From an uncultured virus (IMG/VR IMGVR_UViG_3300025070_000018) (taxonomy: Duplodnaviria; Heunggongvirae; Uroviricota; Caudoviricetes), in IMG/VR virus record IMGVR_UViG_3300025070_000018: 35,920 bases of DNA. One strand, 5' to 3'. Positions 34,551-35,920 of this stretch are shown piece after piece. Below the pieces are notes generated by a model. The model saw only the letters and a program-made list of their open reading frames with translations, was not told where the DNA came from and did not search any database. Every line of letters begins with the position of its first letter. Within the stretch, counting starts at the first letter, position 1. Both the position numbers and the translations under genes were made by a program.

Positions 34551-35087
34551 ATGAGCATATTAAAAGTTAATACAATACAGGATAGAGGGGGCAACGCCAT
34601 TATCTCTAGCGATGGTTCTGGAAATTTAACACAGACTTTTGCATCTAATACTCCTGCTTTTGAAGCGTATTTGTCAGCCGACCAAAGTATTAGCCATGCA
34701 ACTATAACAAAAGTTCAATTTAATACAGAAAGATTTGATACTAATACTAACTACGATAACTCTACTAATTATAGATTTACTCCAACAGTAGCTGGTAAGT
34801 ATTTTGTTTATAGTAATGTTAATTTAGGCACTGGTGATTATAACTTATATTCAGTTAGACTTTATATTTATAAAAACGGTTCTGCATATATGTTTACAGG
34901 TAGTGTTTTTAACACATCAACCGCCTTAGAACGAGCAACAAGTATTTCAAATACTATTGATATGAACGGAACATCTGATTACCTAGAAATTTTTGGATAT
35001 GTAGAAGCACATGGTGGTAGTGGAGAAAAATTTGAATGTAATGATAAGGGAACTTATTTCGGAGCATATAGGGTAATAGGAGCATAA
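34551..35087 (+). CDS. C1q/TNF-like domain fibre module (paralogue of the previous gene)
   Basis: NTPAFEA, ERFDTNTNYDNSTNYRFTPTVAGKY, MNGTSDYLEI. Confidence 0.7.
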   Translation: MSILKVNTIQDRGGNAIISSDGSGNLTQTFASNTPAFEAYLSADQSISHATITKVQFNTERFDTNTNYDNSTNYRFTPTVAGKYFVYSNVNLGTGDYNLYSVRLYIYKNGSAYMFTGSVFNTSTALERATSISNTIDMNGTSDYLEIFGYVEAHGGSGEKFECNDKGTYFGAYRVIGA

Positions 35088-35088
35088 C

Positions 35089-35712
35089 ATGACATCAATT
35101 ATTAAAGTAGACAATATTCAAAACACCTCTGGTGATAATATTATTAATGAGAGTTCTGGTACTATTACTGTTGGTGCAAGTGGTGATACTATATCAATTC
35201 CATCGGGTGCTACTATAACAAATAACGGAACTGCTACAGGTTTTGGTGGTGGTAAGATTGGTCAAGTAATCCAAACTGTTATACCAGACATAAAACAAAT
35301 AACATCATCTAGTGGTACATATGTTGACCTTACTAGTTTTAATGCAACTATTACACCTTCAGCAACAAGTAGTAAAGTTCTTATAAACTGTTCAATTAAT
35401 TATGGTGGCACAAGTAATATATATAGTGCTTCAAGAATATTAAGAGGAACCACAGCTATTGGATTGGGTGATGCTGCTGGTAGTAGAACAAGAGGAACTG
35501 TTTTTACTTCTAATAATGTTTTCCAAAAAGCTACTAATAGTGCAGTTCAATTTTTAGACAGTCCTTCAACTACTTCAGAAATAACTTACAAATTACAAAT
35601 AACATTAAATAGTGGTCAAACTTTTAAATTAAACAGTGAAGGTGAAAATATTGATAATGCTGCTAATCATAGAACCATATCAACTATGACACTAATGGAG
35701 GTACTAGCATAA
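35089..35712 (+). CDS. Fibre tip module
   Basis: GKIGQVIQ, ITPSATSSKVLI, LDSPSTTSEITYKLQ, TLMEVLA. Confidence 0.7.
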   Translation: MTSIIKVDNIQNTSGDNIINESSGTITVGASGDTISIPSGATITNNGTATGFGGGKIGQVIQTVIPDIKQITSSSGTYVDLTSFNATITPSATSSKVLINCSINYGGTSNIYSASRILRGTTAIGLGDAAGSRTRGTVFTSNNVFQKATNSAVQFLDSPSTTSEITYKLQITLNSGQTFKLNSEGENIDNAANHRTISTMTLMEVLA

Positions 35713-35920
35713 TGGCAATCACAAGATTAACAGCACCCTCAATCACGGGATTAACAATACCAAACACATCTATTAACAACGCTTCTTTAAATAGTGTTAG
35801 TGCTTTGCCTAGTGGTATTGATACAGGTAAGATTGGTCAAGTAGTTCATGCAAGTACATCATCTGTTCTTAATACAACATCTAGTTCATTTGCAGATTCA
35901 AACATAACTGCACAAATAAC
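35712..35920 (+). CDS. Fibre tip module, truncated by window edge (paralogue of the previous gene)
   Basis: TAATG coupling; MAITRLTAPSITG...GKIGQVVHAS..., open to the end. Confidence 0.65.
   Translation, partial: MAITRLTAPSITGLTIPNTSINNASLNSVSALPSGIDTGKIGQVVHASTSSVLNTTSSSFADSNITAQI

Noticed and set aside
33981..35920. Diversity-generating retroelement or invertible shufflon
   Set aside because: No reverse transcriptase or invertase in the window; paralogue differences are not adenine-specific; all genes are co-oriented.

Overview
This window is about 36 kb of a low-GC tailed dsDNA bacteriophage genome. It is probably a marine podovirus-like phage of an alphaproteobacterial host (inference from gene content). 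It has two divergent arms. The minus-strand arm (1-13186) holds the early and replication genes: small orphans, an amidoligase, a class II glutamine amidotransferase, a gamma-glutamylcyclotransferase, a DenV-like glycosylase, a Cas4/RecB-like nuclease with Sak4-like ATPase and SSB, a UDG-like/3'-5' exonuclease protein, DUF3310, and the start of a probable family A polymerase. The plus-strand arm (13332-35920) holds TerS, TerL, portal, a LamG/SPRY fibre-like protein, three exported proteins, Hsp20, GroES, scaffold, capsid, adaptors and an array of tail-fibre modules. The most notable signals are: (i) a dispersed motif AGGGGG(G)CAC, with 13 copies of the core 8-mer on both strands; (ii) a TGCGACA box at a fixed 9-10 nt upstream of the -35 of early promoters, also clustered in palindromes; (iii) a DNA polymerase apparently split inside its proofreading domain and carrying a degenerate UDG domain; (iv) a ROSE-like RNA thermometer before the phage hsp20; (v) an uncharacterised three-gene envelope module. 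All calls come from manual motif reading, with no database searches.
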